Assembly: GCA_964016885.1 (NCBI GenBank)
Contig: OZ024755.1
Span: 29,264,001 to 29,328,000, forward strand
Length of the DNA: 64,000 nucleotides
From: Eledone cirrhosa
Taxonomy: Eukaryota
Direction of reading: 5' to 3'
The notes below the pieces were generated by a model that was not told the origin of the DNA, made no database searches, and was given only the letters and a program-made list of their open reading frames with translations. Positions 39,880 to 57,769 of this stretch are shown in pieces (position 1 is the first letter of the stretch; each line of letters opens with the position of its first letter). Position numbers and translations under genes: made by a program.

Positions 39880-40071
39880 TGTTTATAATGAAGTAATGCA
39901 AGGCTTCTCCATGATCCGTCGAGTTCGATCCAATACAAAACATGTTAAAAGTAACTAAAAGTTCTCATTACTTTTTGTATATTAATTCTACCAAACGTTA
40001 AATATCTAATTATAAATACTTACACAGTTAAAGAAAACAAGCATATTGCTCAACAATATATATTTTATAGT

Positions 40072-40264
40072 GCGGTGGATTGGCAGTGTCGGTAGAGGGT
40101 CTGACGCCATGCTTTGCAGCAAAGAGTTACGGTCCTTTATGGTCTGAGTCCAAATCCCACCGAGGTTAACTTTGCCTTTCATCCTTCCGGGGTCGATGAA
40201 ATAAACGCACCAGTAATACACTGGGATAATTGCTGGCCTTGTACCAAAAGTAGAAACAATTATT
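40072..40264 (+). mobile_element. Nin-domain SINE copy
   Basis: Match to the unit. Confidence 0.9.
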
Positions 40265-40569
40265 AGTGGTTCCCATAATTCTGTTACCGGAAGACTTAAA
40301 TGTAGCTTTGTGTCTGCCACGATTCTACCAGGGTTTTATTTAATTTAATTGCCCAACATTTTGCAATTATAATCAGGTCATTCTAGGGTACCATTAACCT
40401 TGTGACATAAGGAATAATATTACACTATAATAAATTATATACCTGCAACATGTGCATAATACATTTTCTGCTGTAATATTCACGACCCGGTGGAAAAACA
40501 TATCACACTGTTTGTAGTTATTGTATGACAAAAGCTTGACAATGAAATCCCTTTAACGTGAACGTGATG

Positions 40570-40641
<72 letters not shown>

Positions 40642-40756
40642 CGTGTGTGTGTGCGTGTGCGTGTGCGTGTGCGTGTGTGTGTGTGTGTGTGCATTATATA
40701 TGTATATATATATCATATACATATATACATTATATACTTACATATATGTATATATA

Positions 40757-41829
<1,073 letters not shown>

Positions 41830-42739
41830 TTTTCAGACCACAATCCGTATATCAATTTTAATAATCAAATTCATATTTAACGCTATTGGAATTATAAATC
41901 GCATCAACGTCTTTCAATATTTCTATCCAATCTAATCTAAGGTCGGAAACAAAAGCACCAGAACTTGTGATATCTGTAAGAAGTAATCAAACGAAAGAAG
42001 CTACAAATGAAAGCCACAGAAAGCAATTAATCTGGTAATAATGACATGTTGTAAAAGACACCAAAATCATCGGAATCAAACTTTCTGACGTCATAATATT
42101 TCAAATAATTTAATTTAATTTATATTTTAAAAAATCATGCATTAATGAGGCATTAAGGTGAGGTAAGGGGATGGTACAAATCACAGGTGTGAACCTAAAT
42201 ACGTATTTCCTTTCATACAGAATCTAAATGTTAATATGTATTTCATGATTATGAAACGTAACGAAGGAAAAAGCCAACACTCGAGGAGATTAAATGCGTT
42301 ACGAGATTCATTTGCGATAGCCCTTTCTATGAATAGGAATTATTCTAATTTGCAAGGGATACAAATAAATTGAATGATAAATTTATTTTTTCTCTACACA
42401 CATTAACATTTGACTATCGAAGAAATACTCGTTAAAACTGCGTAACCCACATGCAGAAATAACAGGCAAATAGTTTAAATAACGAGCGCTATATAAACAA
42501 ATGTTTGTGTATGGTATTTACAGATGGGCCATTAACTCTTTAATTACAATTATGAAAATGTAGACGCATGGTTAGCCAAAGCCTTAGAGAAATGAAATTA
42601 TCAAGACGTCATAACAGATTTTATGAAACACAAGATACTTCATCGCTCTATAAATGTTGATATTCAATTCAATGAAACATTTATCACCACATGAGAAGCC
42701 ACCATTAGTTAACATGACTAATAACAGAGACAGTAAGAT

Positions 42740-42927
42740 ATTGTTTCTACTTTAGGCACAAGGCCAGCAATTACCCAGTGCATTACTGGTACTTTATTTT
42801 ATCGACCCCGTAAGGATGAAAGGCAAAGTCAACCTCGGCGGGATTTGAACTCAGATCGTAAAGGGACGTAACTATGCTGGAAAGCATGGCGTCCGACCCT
42901 CTACCGATACTGCCAATCCACCGCCCT
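42740..42927 (-). mobile_element. Young full-length SINE with 14-bp TSD CAGTAAGATATTGT
   Basis: Consensus-like copy; TSD at 42731 and 42928. Confidence 0.95.
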
Positions 42928-43143
42928 CAGTAAGATATTGTCAACGATAATGTAGCGTGACAAATGTAGGTGTTGCATCATCGAAGATACAGACAATAAT
43001 TTTCTGTCATGGAATAATTAACATCCCATAAGACCACTTGATGGGAATTAAGCCACACACGACAATAATATTATGATCCTACATTCCGCTGTCCATTTTG
43101 GTTTACTTGTTCTCCAATGCATCATATCGCGAATCCACCCTTA

Positions 43144-43190
<47 letters not shown>

Positions 43191-43192
43191 AT

Positions 43193-43243
<51 letters not shown>

Positions 43244-43351
43244 CACACATACATACATACATACATACATACATACATACATACATACATACAGACAGAC
43301 AGACAGACAGACGCACGCAAACAAACAAACACACACGCACATATATATATA

Positions 43352-43500
43352 TAACGAAGGAAGTGTGGTAAGGAACCATAACGCACCAGAGTAATCAATA
43401 CTTAGGGTAGTAGAGTGGGTAATAGGAAAATGTTAAACCCCGACGGTAGAGCTCAAGCCGTCGAAACGGCTTGAGCTCTGCCGTCGGGGCTTAACATTTT

Positions 43501-43505
<5 letters not shown>
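43352..43505 (-). mobile_element. Family B fragment with terminal fold-back, between (TA)n tracts
   Basis: Arms ~43422-43461 and ~43466-43505 around CGAA. Confidence 0.7.
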
Positions 43506-43540
<35 letters not shown>

Positions 43541-43559
43541 GTATGGAAACTACATATGC

Positions 43560-45179
<1,620 letters not shown>

Positions 45180-45447
45180 ATATATATATATATATATATA
45201 TATTACTATAAATTGTTGTTTTGCCCCTCGTCTCTTACTCCACTGGGCAGCGTTTGGCTTCTGTCTGATATTATGACCCCGGATGGACCAGCAGTACGAT
45301 AACTTATAATAATCTGTACACACGGCTATAAATAATTTAAAACAAAAATCATATGTACTCCTACGGTGTTAGATTATTCACGCGTAGAGCAAGTTGTCCA
45401 TTAAAATGTGTTCCAAACCCTGTTATTTATATCATATGATATAACTA

Positions 45448-45631
45448 ATTGTTTCTATATTTGGCACAAGGCCAGCAATTACCAGAGTGCATTGCTGGTA
45501 CTTTATCTTATCGACACAGTAAGGATGAAAGGCAACGTTAATCTCGGTGGGATTTGAACTCAGACCGTAAATGGACCTAACTCTATGCCACAAAGCATGT
45601 TGTCCGACGCTCTACCGATTTTGCCAATCCA
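45448..45631 (-). mobile_element. Diverged SINE copy
   Basis: Match to the reverse complement of the unit. Confidence 0.85.
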
Positions 45632-47341
45632 ACAAGTACAATGATAATGGTCTCTAATCTAGACACAAGACCACTACTCGATGGGGAAAGGGGTTTAGTA
45701 ATATAGCTCTGATTATTTTACTGGTATTTTATTTTCCCGAACCTTGACATGTACTGGATTTGAAATAAGAATAGAAAAAGGCGGTATCAATACCGTTAAA
45801 CATTTCTCCGAGGTTCTAACAATACTGTCAGATATAATAAGTATGTCAATCATTGATACACGTATATTTTGAAGTAGATAGAACAGTCACTTATATAAAC
45901 ATGAGTACATACATTAAACCAATTTGATTGATACTGGAATAAAAAAAAAATATATATATATATATAGCCTTGAGAGAAATCGAACTCACAACATAACGAA
46001 CCGGGATACCTAACGCCAGTCATTTTCTCTGACGTACCACCGAACAAGTTTGCCGAGAATATCCTATTCTTTATTTGTTCAACATATTTGTGCAACACAT
46101 AAGAAAACATATAAATGTATATCTCAAAAGCAATGTTTGTTAAACAACGGTTCTTAAACTAAAAAAAATGTTGAAAAGACAAATTATAACATATCAAGAG
46201 AATAGAGCTCACTATTAAAGAAAATATGTCCTTCTACACTGATACTTCCTGAAATACATAAACATGCTATTGCCTATACTTAAGACTCAAAGACGGCACC
46301 ATGTAATATAATGAAAACACAACAAAACAACACCAATAGTGATAGTTGTTTCTAACAGAGGCACAAGGCCAGTGGATAGATTATCCGTACATACTATTCT
46401 GGAGACAAAAATACCTTGAATGCGGTTGATGAAAACAGATACGATCCCTTTAAGAGTAGAATAGTAGGTGCTCGGGGAATGTTTAAAGTCACATAGTGAC
46501 ATAACCAAAATATCAGGACTAATATATACAGAAAATATACAGAATCTACAGAAAATATACAGAGAAAATAACATTAAAAGGCACTGCATATATATTGTGA
46601 GGATTCATCTCAATACAAGAGCAACAACACAACATGTACCGAACACCCACAGACATGTGCTTAGTAATGCACTTATGACACACAAAAAAAGCAGTAAATG
46701 TAAGATTGATGATAATGTTAATTCAGCAAAAATGAATCGTAAATTGAAAAAAATATAAATTTACCTTAAAGAAATGCCATGCTTCACCAAAACATATAGT
46801 GAAGAAAAATGAGTTGACTTTTGAAATATACAGGTAGACCTTGACAAGGGATGTGGTACATAGGTTGCTGATAGGTTAAACAGGCTGTGAGAAATAATTG
46901 AGTAAATAAATAACATGGCAAATAAATAAAAAAATACAAACCAATATATATAAGGAGATAGGCAGAGAGAAATAGAGAAAGAGAGAGTTAGAGAAGAAAT
47001 GAAAGAGAGGGAAAAGAGAAAACAAATCACCAATCCTTGATATGAGTGTGAATTTGTTCAGAACATATATTTAACCTAGTTTGGTCAGGTTTACTTCAGG
47101 TTGCATTACAATCTCTGTTAGCTCAAATATCCTTCTTCGTGTACTCATGAATAGATCTAGAATTCGATGTTGGAGAGTGGGTGTTACAAATATAGCAAAA
47201 TAAGAAAGGTTGAAATAGGTTGCAAAGACACAACTGCAAATAAATTAATATTACCTCCTTTATAAACACTCACATATTATTTTAAAGTCTTTTTTCTTTC
47301 TTCGAAAATCAATACCTCATTCAAACGTACAAAAACACTAG

Positions 47342-47375
<34 letters not shown>

Positions 47376-47764
47376 GCGGTGGATTGGCAGTATCGGTAGA
47401 GGGTCGGACGCCATGCTTTCCAGCATAGTTACTTCCCTTTACGATCTGAGTTCAAATCCCGCCGAGGTTGACTTTGCCTTTCATCCTTATGGGGTCGATA
47501 AAATAAACTACCAGTAATGTACTGGGTAATTTGATGGCCTTGTGCCAAAAGTAGAAACAATTATATATAATAAGACAGTGGATTGGCAATATCAGTAGAA
47601 GGTCGGATACCATGCTTTGCAGCATAGAGTTACGTCCCTTGACGGTCTGAGTTCAAATCCTGCCGAGATTAACTTTACCTTTCATCCTTACGGGGTTGAT
47701 AAAATAAAGTACCAGTAATGCACTGGGGTAATCGCTGTCCTTGTGCCAAAAGTAGAAACAATTA
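47376..47764 (+). mobile_element. Two SINE copies in tandem
   Basis: 47376-47564 and 47575-47764. Confidence 0.9.
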
Positions 47765-48100
47765 TACATATGATATATTTTGTCTGATTCGTATGAATTC
47801 GACTTGTTCAGCCTGTCTCTACTTCTCGTCTCTTATTGAAGTTATAATTTCGTTTGTTAGTATGTATTTGTGCACAGTTATTTTAAGTTACAAAAGCAAC
47901 ATACGATCTCTTATGTTCTATGCATGTCATACTGGTTTTGGTTTCGATAAAATGATTTTAAACAAACATTAATAAATCACTTTTATTGGTGAAACATTAA
48001 CCACACCCTCTCACCTCTTCAGTGCCGTAGAAAAGTTAACTCGTCCTAACATGTTTACTTTACAGTGCCAGGGACGAGATAACTCGTCTTAACATCTTTG

Positions 48101-48940
48101 AAATCTCTTCCAACAGATCATAACACCAGTTATGAACTCTCTTCCAACAGATCATAACTGGAGTTATGAACTCTCTTCCAACAGATCATAACTCCAGCTA
48201 TGAACTCTCTTCCAACAGTTCCTAACTCCAGTCATGAACTCTCTTCCAACAGTTCCTAACTCCAGTCATGAACTCTCTTCCAACAGTTGATAACTCCAGT
48301 CATGAACTCTCTTCCAACAGTTGATAACTCCAGTCATGAACTCTCTTCCAACAGTTGATAACTCCAGTTATGAACTCTCTTCCAACAGTTGATAACTCCA
48401 GTCATGAACTCTCTTCCAACAGTTGATAACTCCAGTTATGAACTCTCTTCCAACAGTTGATAACTCCAGTTATGAACTCTCTTCCAACAGTTGATAACTC
48501 CAGTTATGAACTCTCTTCCAACAGTTCCTAACTCCAGTTATGAACTCTCTTCCAACAGTTGATAACTCCAGTCATGAACTCTCTTCCAACAGTTCCTAAC
48601 TCCAGTTATGAACTCTCTTCCAACAGTTCCTAACTCCAGTTATGAACTCTCTTCCAACAGTTCCTAACTCCAGCCATGAACTCTCTTCCAACAGTTGATA
48701 ACTCCAGTTATGAACTCTCTTCCAACAATTCCTAACTCCAGTTATGAACTCTCTTCCAACAGTTCCTAACTCCAGTCATGAACTCTCTTCCAACAGTTCC
48801 TAACTCCAGTTATGAACTCTCTTCCAACAGTTCCTAACTCCAGTCATGAACTCTCTTCCAACAGTTCCTAACTCCAGTCATGAACTCTCTTCCAACAGTT
48901 CCTAACTCCAGTTATGAACTCTCTTCCAACAGTTCATAAC
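48101..48940. repeat. 34-bp minisatellite, ~25 copies
   Basis: Unit AACTCTCTTCCAACAGTT(CC/GA)TAACTCCAGT(C/T)ATG. Confidence 0.97.
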
Positions 48941-49012
48941 ACCTCATATAAATAAATGAATAAATAAAATGAAAATGGCGTTAACATTACAATGCAATAG
49001 GAGGGAACATAG

Positions 49013-49056
49013 TACCACTGATGATGTTGCAGATGCGCAACGAAAGATCTTTGTTA
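49013..49056 (+). ncRNA. Type I hammerhead fold, family C
   Basis: TACCA CTGATGA T GTTGC AGATGC GCAAC GAAA GATC TT TGTTA; downstream tail ATGACCCTTCCTAAGTATAACAAT shared with 9752, 13428 and 27569. Confidence 0.7.
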
Positions 49057-49285
49057 GACTATATGTACATATTTATATCTGTATTTATAACCATTGGTCA
49101 GTCAGTGGTAAACATCGATTGCCAAATACATTAACTATGGAGATATAGAGATACAGAGGCTAAAAGCAACCAAACAGTGAGTGTATGCTGTTATTAATTC
49201 TGGCAATATTATTACACCAATATGACCCTTCCTAAGTATAACAATATTTGTTTCGACACACGATTTCATATCAAAAACCTTGCAA

Positions 49286-49288
<3 letters not shown>

Positions 49289-49342
<54 letters not shown>

Positions 49343-49396
49343 TATATATATATATATATATATACTATATATATATATATACTATATATATATATA

Positions 49397-49427
<31 letters not shown>

Positions 49428-49545
49428 CTATATATATATATATACTATATATATATATATATATATACTATATATATATATATATATATACTATATATAT
49501 ATATATATATATACTATATATATATATATACTATATATATATATA

Positions 49546-49579
<34 letters not shown>

Positions 49580-49593
49580 TATATATATATATA

Positions 49594-49627
<34 letters not shown>

Positions 49628-49641
49628 TATATATATATATA

Positions 49642-49675
<34 letters not shown>

Positions 49676-49743
49676 TATATATATACTATATATATATATA
49701 CTATATTATATATATATATATATATATACTATATATATATATA

Positions 49744-49785
<42 letters not shown>

Positions 49786-50211
49786 TATATATATATATAT
49801 ACTATATATATATATATATATATATACTATATATATATATATATATACTATATATATATATATATATATATACTATATATATATATATATATACTATATA
49901 TATATATATATACTATATATATATATATATATATACTATATATATATATATATATATACTATATATATATATATATATACTATATATATATATATATATA
50001 CTATATATATATATATATATACTATATATATATAATATATATATACTATAATATATATATATATATATACTATATATATATATATATATATACTATATAT
50101 ATATATATATATATACTATATATATATATATATATACTATATATATATATATATATATACTATATATATATATACTATATATATATATTATATATATACT
50201 ATATATATATA

Positions 50212-50242
<31 letters not shown>

Positions 50243-51492
50243 CTATATATATATATATACTATATATATATATACTATATATATATATATATATATACTA
50301 TATATATATATATACTATATATGTATATATATATATACTATATATATATATATACTATATATATATACTATATATATATATATATATATACTATATATAT
50401 ATATATACTATATATGTATATATATATATACTATATATATATATATACTATATATATATATACTATATATATATATATATATATACTATATATATATATA
50501 TATACTATATATATATATATATATATATACTATATATATATATATATACTATATATATATATATATATATATACTATATATATATATATACTATATATGT
50601 ATATATATATACTATATATATATATATATACTATATATATATATATATACTATATATATATATATATACTATATATATATATATATATATACTATATATA
50701 TATACATATACTATATATATATACTATATATATATATATATATATACTATATATATATATATATATATACTATATATATATACTATATATATATATATAT
50801 ATACTATATATATATACTATATATATATACTATATATATATATATATACTATATACTATATATATATATATATATATATACTATATATATACTATATATA
50901 TATATATATACTATATATATATATATATATATATATACTATATATATACTATATATATATATATATACTATATATATATATATATATATATATACTATAT
51001 ATATATATACTATATATATATATACTATATATATATATACTATATATATATATACTATATATATATATACTATATATATATATACTATATATATATACTA
51101 TATATATATACTATATATATATATACTATATATATATATACTATATATATATATACTATATATATATATACTATATATATATATACTATATATATATATA
51201 CTATATATATATATACTATATATATATATATATATATATACTATATATATATATATATATACTATATATATATATACTATATATATATATATATATACTA
51301 TATATATATATATATACTATATATATATATATATACTATATATATATATATAATACTATATATATATATATATATACTATATATATATATATATATACTA
51401 TATATATATATATATATACTATATATATATATATATACTATATATATATATATATACTATATATATATATATATACTATATATATATATATA

Positions 51493-51534
<42 letters not shown>

Positions 51535-51763
51535 TATATATATATATATATATACTATATATATATATATATATACTATATATATATATATATATATATA
51601 CTATATATATATATATATACTATATATATATATACACTATATATATATATACACTATATATATATATACTATATATATATATATATACTATATATATATA
51701 TATATACTATATATATATATATACTATATATATATATATATACTATATATATATATATATATA

Positions 51764-51801
<38 letters not shown>

Positions 51802-52592
51802 TATATATATATATATATATACTATATATATATATATATATACTATATATATATATATATATATATACTATATATATATATATATACTATATATATATAT
51901 ACACTATATATATATATACACTATATATATATATACTATATATATATATATACTATATATATATATATATACTATATATATATATATACTATATATATAT
52001 ATACTATATATATATATACTATATATATATATACTATATATATATATACTATATATATATATACTATATATATATACTATATATATATATACTATATTAT
52101 ATATATATACTATATATATATATACTATATATATATATATACTATATATATATATACTATATATATATATATACTATATATATATATATACTATATATAT
52201 ATATATACTATATATATATATATATACTATATATATATATATACTATATATATATATATATACTATATATATATATATACTATATATATATATATACTAT
52301 ATATATATATATATACTATATATATATATATACTATATATATATATATATACTATATATATATATATATACTATATATATATATATACTATATATATATA
52401 TATATACTATATATATATATATATACTATATATATATATATACTATATATATATATATATACTATATATATATATACTATATATATACTATATATATATA
52501 TACTATATATATATATACTATATATATACTATATATATATATACTATATATATATATACTATATATATATATATATATATACTATATATATA

Positions 52593-52640
<48 letters not shown>

Positions 52641-52664
52641 TATATATATATATATATATATATA

Positions 52665-52700
<36 letters not shown>

Positions 52701-52755
52701 TATATATATATATATATATATATATACTATATATATATATATATACTATATATAC

Positions 52756-52795
<40 letters not shown>

Positions 52796-52949
52796 CTATA
52801 TATATATATATATATACTATATATATATATATACACTATATATATATATATACTATATATATATATACTATATATATATATATATATACTATATATATAT
52901 ATATATATACTATATATATATATATACTATATATATATATATATATATA

Positions 52950-53011
<62 letters not shown>

Positions 53012-53020
53012 TATATATAT
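49289..53020. repeat. ~3.7-kb (TA)n tract punctuated by single C insertions
   Basis: Direct reading: variable-length C(TA)n units. Confidence 0.95.
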
Positions 53021-53516
53021 ATTTATTAAAATAACAGATTAAAGTTTAAGCAAAGAATCGCTGCTTTCACCCTTAACGGGCGCCAGTGACTCTGCGGAGG
53101 TTACTGATCTTATTGGCCATTTCCTTCTTTTCTCTATCAAGGGACGAATTCCCCAACGCGGGCGGTGGTTTGTACCGTGACGATGGTCTTTTAACCATGA
53201 CTAAGTGCGGACCTCGTGCTTGCGACAGGTTCAGAAAAGAACTCACAGCCTTCTTTAAAGGCTTCAACCTCTCTATACAGGTTGAGGCCAATCTCTCGGT
53301 CGTTAATTTCCTCGACGTTACCCTCTATTTATTGAATGGGTTGTATTACCCGTATAGAAAGCCGAATGATATGCTTAATTACATAAGTAAGCATTCCAAC
53401 CATCCTGCCAACATAACCAAGAATCTGGTAAGAAACGTTTCGTTGAGGCTTTCCCGTCTTTCCACCAACGAGCGCATTTTCAACGACCATTCCACTTATT
53501 ACAATGAAGCTCTTGT

Positions 53517-53520
<4 letters not shown>
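53019..53520 (+). mobile_element. Penelope-like (Neptune-type) element remnant: inverted pLTR piece fused to an RT fragment
   Basis: 53019-53080 is the family D arm; from 53079 GASDSAEVTDLIGHFLL, one frameshift, then GLYRDDGL..VNFLDVTL..PYRKPN..YISKHSNHP..RLSRLS..YNEAL; cut by (GA)n. Confidence 0.88.
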
Positions 53521-53605
<85 letters not shown>

Positions 53606-54597
53606 AATGATCTGATTTCGTTATATATTGGTTAAAGGGAGAACGCCTAATAGCACATTCTGAACATGAGAGAATGTATGCAAAAACTATTTATCGCACG
53701 GAACTACGGTTAAAAGACGAGTCAAATGATGCGACTTCGGGAAATAGCATAACGTCAAGAAATTATAGCATTAAAAAAAAATCAATTACGCAATAGAAAG
53801 GAGGAAGAATATGAAGACGAAGATAAAATAAGAAAGACTTGAATACAAACGAATATGATTGAAGAAAATAAGGGAGCTTACTGAAGTGAAGTGAAAGTTC
53901 AACAAAAGAAAAAATATCGTAAAGAATGTGAATGCCAAAGAGGTGAGAAAACGCATGCAAAAGAAAAAGAGCAGACGATACTTATATAAAACTAAAAATA
54001 AGAGTATACAATGTAACAATAAAACAGGTTTCAAGAGAAATTTCGCAGATATATAATAGACGTGTAGGATGGTAGGTTGTTGCATACGATTATGAACATA
54101 ATCAGGATTATGCATCTAAAAAAATCATATCTCTCCGCCCTCGATAAGCGAATCATATGACAATCTCAGTGTTAGAAACTGAGACGTGGAGTTATTAGAC
54201 ATGCCTTGTCCCAATGTTATAATCGATTAGTTTCTAATTGATCCACTTAAAATCATAGCATTTTCCGATTCTCTTCAAAAACAATATACTTTCTAAAGGA
54301 ATATCAGCTCATAATTGCGCTTTTAAATTGACATCATTTCCGAGAAACATTTCCACTGAAAGTAGGTGTTTGCCAACATTTTGTGGGGGGACATTCAAAC
54401 CAAATCACAATAATTCAACACATATTCGCGTACAGGATAAAACCTATCTAATAGCTAGAGGAAATGCTTCATAAACAGAATATCTATCCCAGGATTTTTC
54501 GTTGTAATTTAGAATGTAGCTCAACTCTACAGTTCCAGCAATCATCGTTATCTGCAAATTACGCTGCAAAAGAAATCTCTTACAATTTTTCTATTAT

Positions 54598-54789
54598 AAT
54601 AATTGTTTCTATTTTTGGCCCAATGCTAGCAATTATCCTAGTGCATTACTGGTACTTTATTTTATCGACCCCGTAAGAATGAAAGGCAAAGTTAACCTTG
54701 GCGGGATTTCAACTCAGACCATAAAGGGCCGTAACGCTTTGCTACAAGCATAGCGTCCGTCCCTCTATCGATACTGCCAATCCACCGCC
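54598..54789 (-). mobile_element. Nin-domain SINE copy
   Basis: Match to the reverse complement of the unit. Confidence 0.88.
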
Positions 54790-57342
54790 TTTATTAGCAC
54801 AAGTAATATGGTCTTGAGCGCCGAAACCGTAACAACGAATACATAATTGAAACTCATGGTTCGTGGTATGAGTTACAAAACGTACCTTGCTATTTTAAAC
54901 GAAGCAATTGGAGACCACAAGCTATGCAGATACTGCATGGTTGAATGTATAAGAAGTTCATTTATTAGTACTCTATTCGATCATACTGTGTTGTATCTTA
55001 CACAAGTTTCATTTACCATACCCATTTGAGGGAAATTGTTTCTAATCCCGTCGAATGAACTGTACATGTAATTCAAATAATCATGAATGTCACGGTGAAT
55101 ATCCCCGAGTATTATCACATAAGCTCTGAGTAACATTATAATCGAAATCTACCGTCTCGTAAAACATCATGAACCTCCATATGCCAAAACGTTTTTCACA
55201 ATATTCAGTATAGCTTACTGTAGTTTCTCTCCCGCCTCTTGTTAATTCTACTGGTCCAACACATTTTATTATTCTTCCCCTATATGTAATTAATCAATGG
55301 TGATTTCAATTCAACAGTAGTAGAAGGGTTGCCGATGGTGTAGTAAAGACATGTTGATATGGAATTTGAACTGAGAAAGATCAGTTGGCAGTGAATTAAA
55401 GCCATGAAATGAGCTTTACGATGAGAAGCACATATGGGGTGAACGTGAGAAACGAAGACAATTACATGCAATGCCCAGAAGTCTTTTTGATTCAGTGTGC
55501 CATTTATTTTCAAATGAAGATGTGCCAACGCATCTAGTATGTTTATGTAACTTGTATGTACGTCACCGCGAGTCTTTTAACATAGAGATATTTTAGTACT
55601 GGGATAATTGCTGGCCTTGTGCCAAATGTAGAAACATTTATTTAGTAAAATGAATTATATTTTAGTAGAGGTGTTCCAGTAGTAGCGAGCAAAATAATTT
55701 CCAGTATATAATCACTGCATTTAATTTTCTTCTTCCTTTTGGGGGTCGATAAAATAAATAAATGACAAGCACTTGTCGTGTTTTAATTGATTGCTCTCCT
55801 TGGAGCTTGAGTTAAAATTATTGAATGCAACATGCACGTGTATTTACAAAGTACAGTTTTATTGCTTAACATTGTCATTCATGAAAACACGGCATGCGAC
55901 TTTTATACTGAAATGTTACTTTTTCTTTATCCCTAATAAATTGTCTAGCAATAACATCTTTAGCAATGAGGAATTATGCACTGACAGTTTACTGCTTCTC
56001 AAACATCAACAATTAAAATACACTTTTGGCAGTGTTTACCTTGCTATTCCTTACACAATATACTCCCTAAGGGATATCTTTAAATCTAAGTATTTTCAAC
56101 TGTTTACGTGTATGGAGATCACCTCCCGATGTTTTATATTTTGTAATTTCTGTTCTGTGTTTCATGATAATGCTTAGTCCTAGGTCCTTTAGCAGACATC
56201 CTCATTTCAATAGCAATATAATTGCTGACTATGTAGTATTGGTAATTGGGTTAACTGCAGTTATTTGCAATACATTTGTGGATTTACGTTCTACCATTTA
56301 AATTTTTACTCTAAACAATGCCCAACATTCTCTATACTTTACTCTCTTAAATATACTTTCAATGTAAATCCCACATCTTTCCCAATATCCTTTGCCTTTT
56401 ATTGTAATGAGGCCAACGCATCAGTTTCTCTTCAAATTAAACGTGATATATGTTTCATCGCTTATTCAGGGAATGAAAGGCGGTGCCCATGAACACTTTC
56501 CGTGAATGAACAATTGAAACAGAGTGGGCTTGGTGTAAAGTACTAAAGGGCGGCTGGTGTAGCTAAACTGAATAAATAATTACATGTATTATCCAGAATT
56601 ATACCACTCTGTTAGGTAGGCTTCGCTGACGCTGCGTTAGTTACCTGTGAAAGAGAGAATTTCCTCTATATCTCTTTCTCTCATTCTTTCACTCTCTCTA
56701 TCCTTCTCTGGAAGAATCTGCTGTATTCAGACCTGAGTTTGCTGGCATCCTACCCTGGCAGAATCGGTTAGAGCATCGGACAATTTCGCAAAATGCAATG
56801 CAATGAGCTCTAAACAGGTGTGACGTTCCATTGCAGAAAATATTTTTCCATGCATCTAAACCTGATCAACTAAAAATGTCTTTCAAGTAGTTGGTATGGT
56901 TGATATGGGAATGGTTGGATATTGATAGGTACTTGTATTCCAGCGATTAATTAAGTGACAGTGCTCTTATTAGGGGTTCCCACGTCCCAGGAGTGAAAGC
57001 TCTTCCTAATCCATTTGTACGTTCCGAGTGACATACGTACCATCATCAGATCTTCTGGTACGTGACATGCGTTGGTGCCAAAGATTTCACCTTCCTCTTC
57101 TATTTCTCGCCTTCACGCTATCAGGGCTATCACATCCTAGTTGACCATTTTTCCTGCACGAAGTTGTGTGCATTGTTTTGTTCGTGTACATTTTGTGGTT
57201 GTGGTGGTGGCGTTGGTGTTGTGAAAGTATCTGTGTTTGTTGTGCCTGTGGTGTCTGAATTTATTGTTGTGGCTGTAAGTGTGACGTGTCGAGTTTTTGT
57301 GCTTCCACGTTTGTTTCTTTGCTTTTATTTGATTTGTCTGAT

Positions 57343-57402
<60 letters not shown>

Positions 57403-57445
57403 CACAAACAAACACAAATAAACAAACAAACATATATATATATAT

Positions 57446-57585
57446 GAGGCAAATAGGCAGAGTCGTTAAGACGTCGGGTAGAATGGTTTACGGTATTCTA
57501 CACATTGCACGTTCTGAGTTCAAATCCCGCCTTTCATCCTTTCGAGGTCGATTAAAAAAAAAGTACCAGTCCAATACTGGGGTAA
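57446..57585 (+). mobile_element. Older, diverged SINE copy
   Basis: tRNA-like head, GAGTTCAAATCC, partial Nin core. Confidence 0.75.
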
Positions 57586-57769
57586 ATTCTTCCGCTATAG
57601 AAAAGAAAATCAGCTGTCTTCAGACCTGGAAAGGGTTGGGCTGCTCCGCCAGGTTTAACGGTGTATGGCGGTGTATTTAACGGTGTATTAACGGCCGTAT
57701 GACGGTGACTCTATAACTCCACAGGTAGTTATGATATCTTTATCCTTATCCTTTATATATCTATATATG

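Noticed and set aside
47985-48030. Minus-strand CTGAAGA GGTGA..TCACC
   Set aside because: Followed by AATA rather than GAAA; no stem I or III
48101-48940. CRISPR-like array (34-bp period); same for the 26- and 48-bp arrays
   Set aside because: Head-to-tail repeats without unique spacers, eukaryotic context, no cas genes
49222-53034. 1270-aa ORF and all other IY/YI, CV, TH and RE repeat ORFs
   Set aside because: Translations of dinucleotide microsatellites that lack stop codons
56640-56800. Possible upstream non-coding exon of the 961-aa gene (minus-strand CAG|GTAAC donor)
   Set aside because: A single donor-like motif cannot be supported without transcript data
57005-57056. Minus-strand CTGATGA followed by a GTACGT/ACGTAC stem
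   Set aside because: No GAAA after the stem and no stem I pairing
57586-57630. Minus-strand CTGAAGA..GGAAG core-like motif
   Set aside because: Imperfect stem II and truncated at a SINE junction; unsupported
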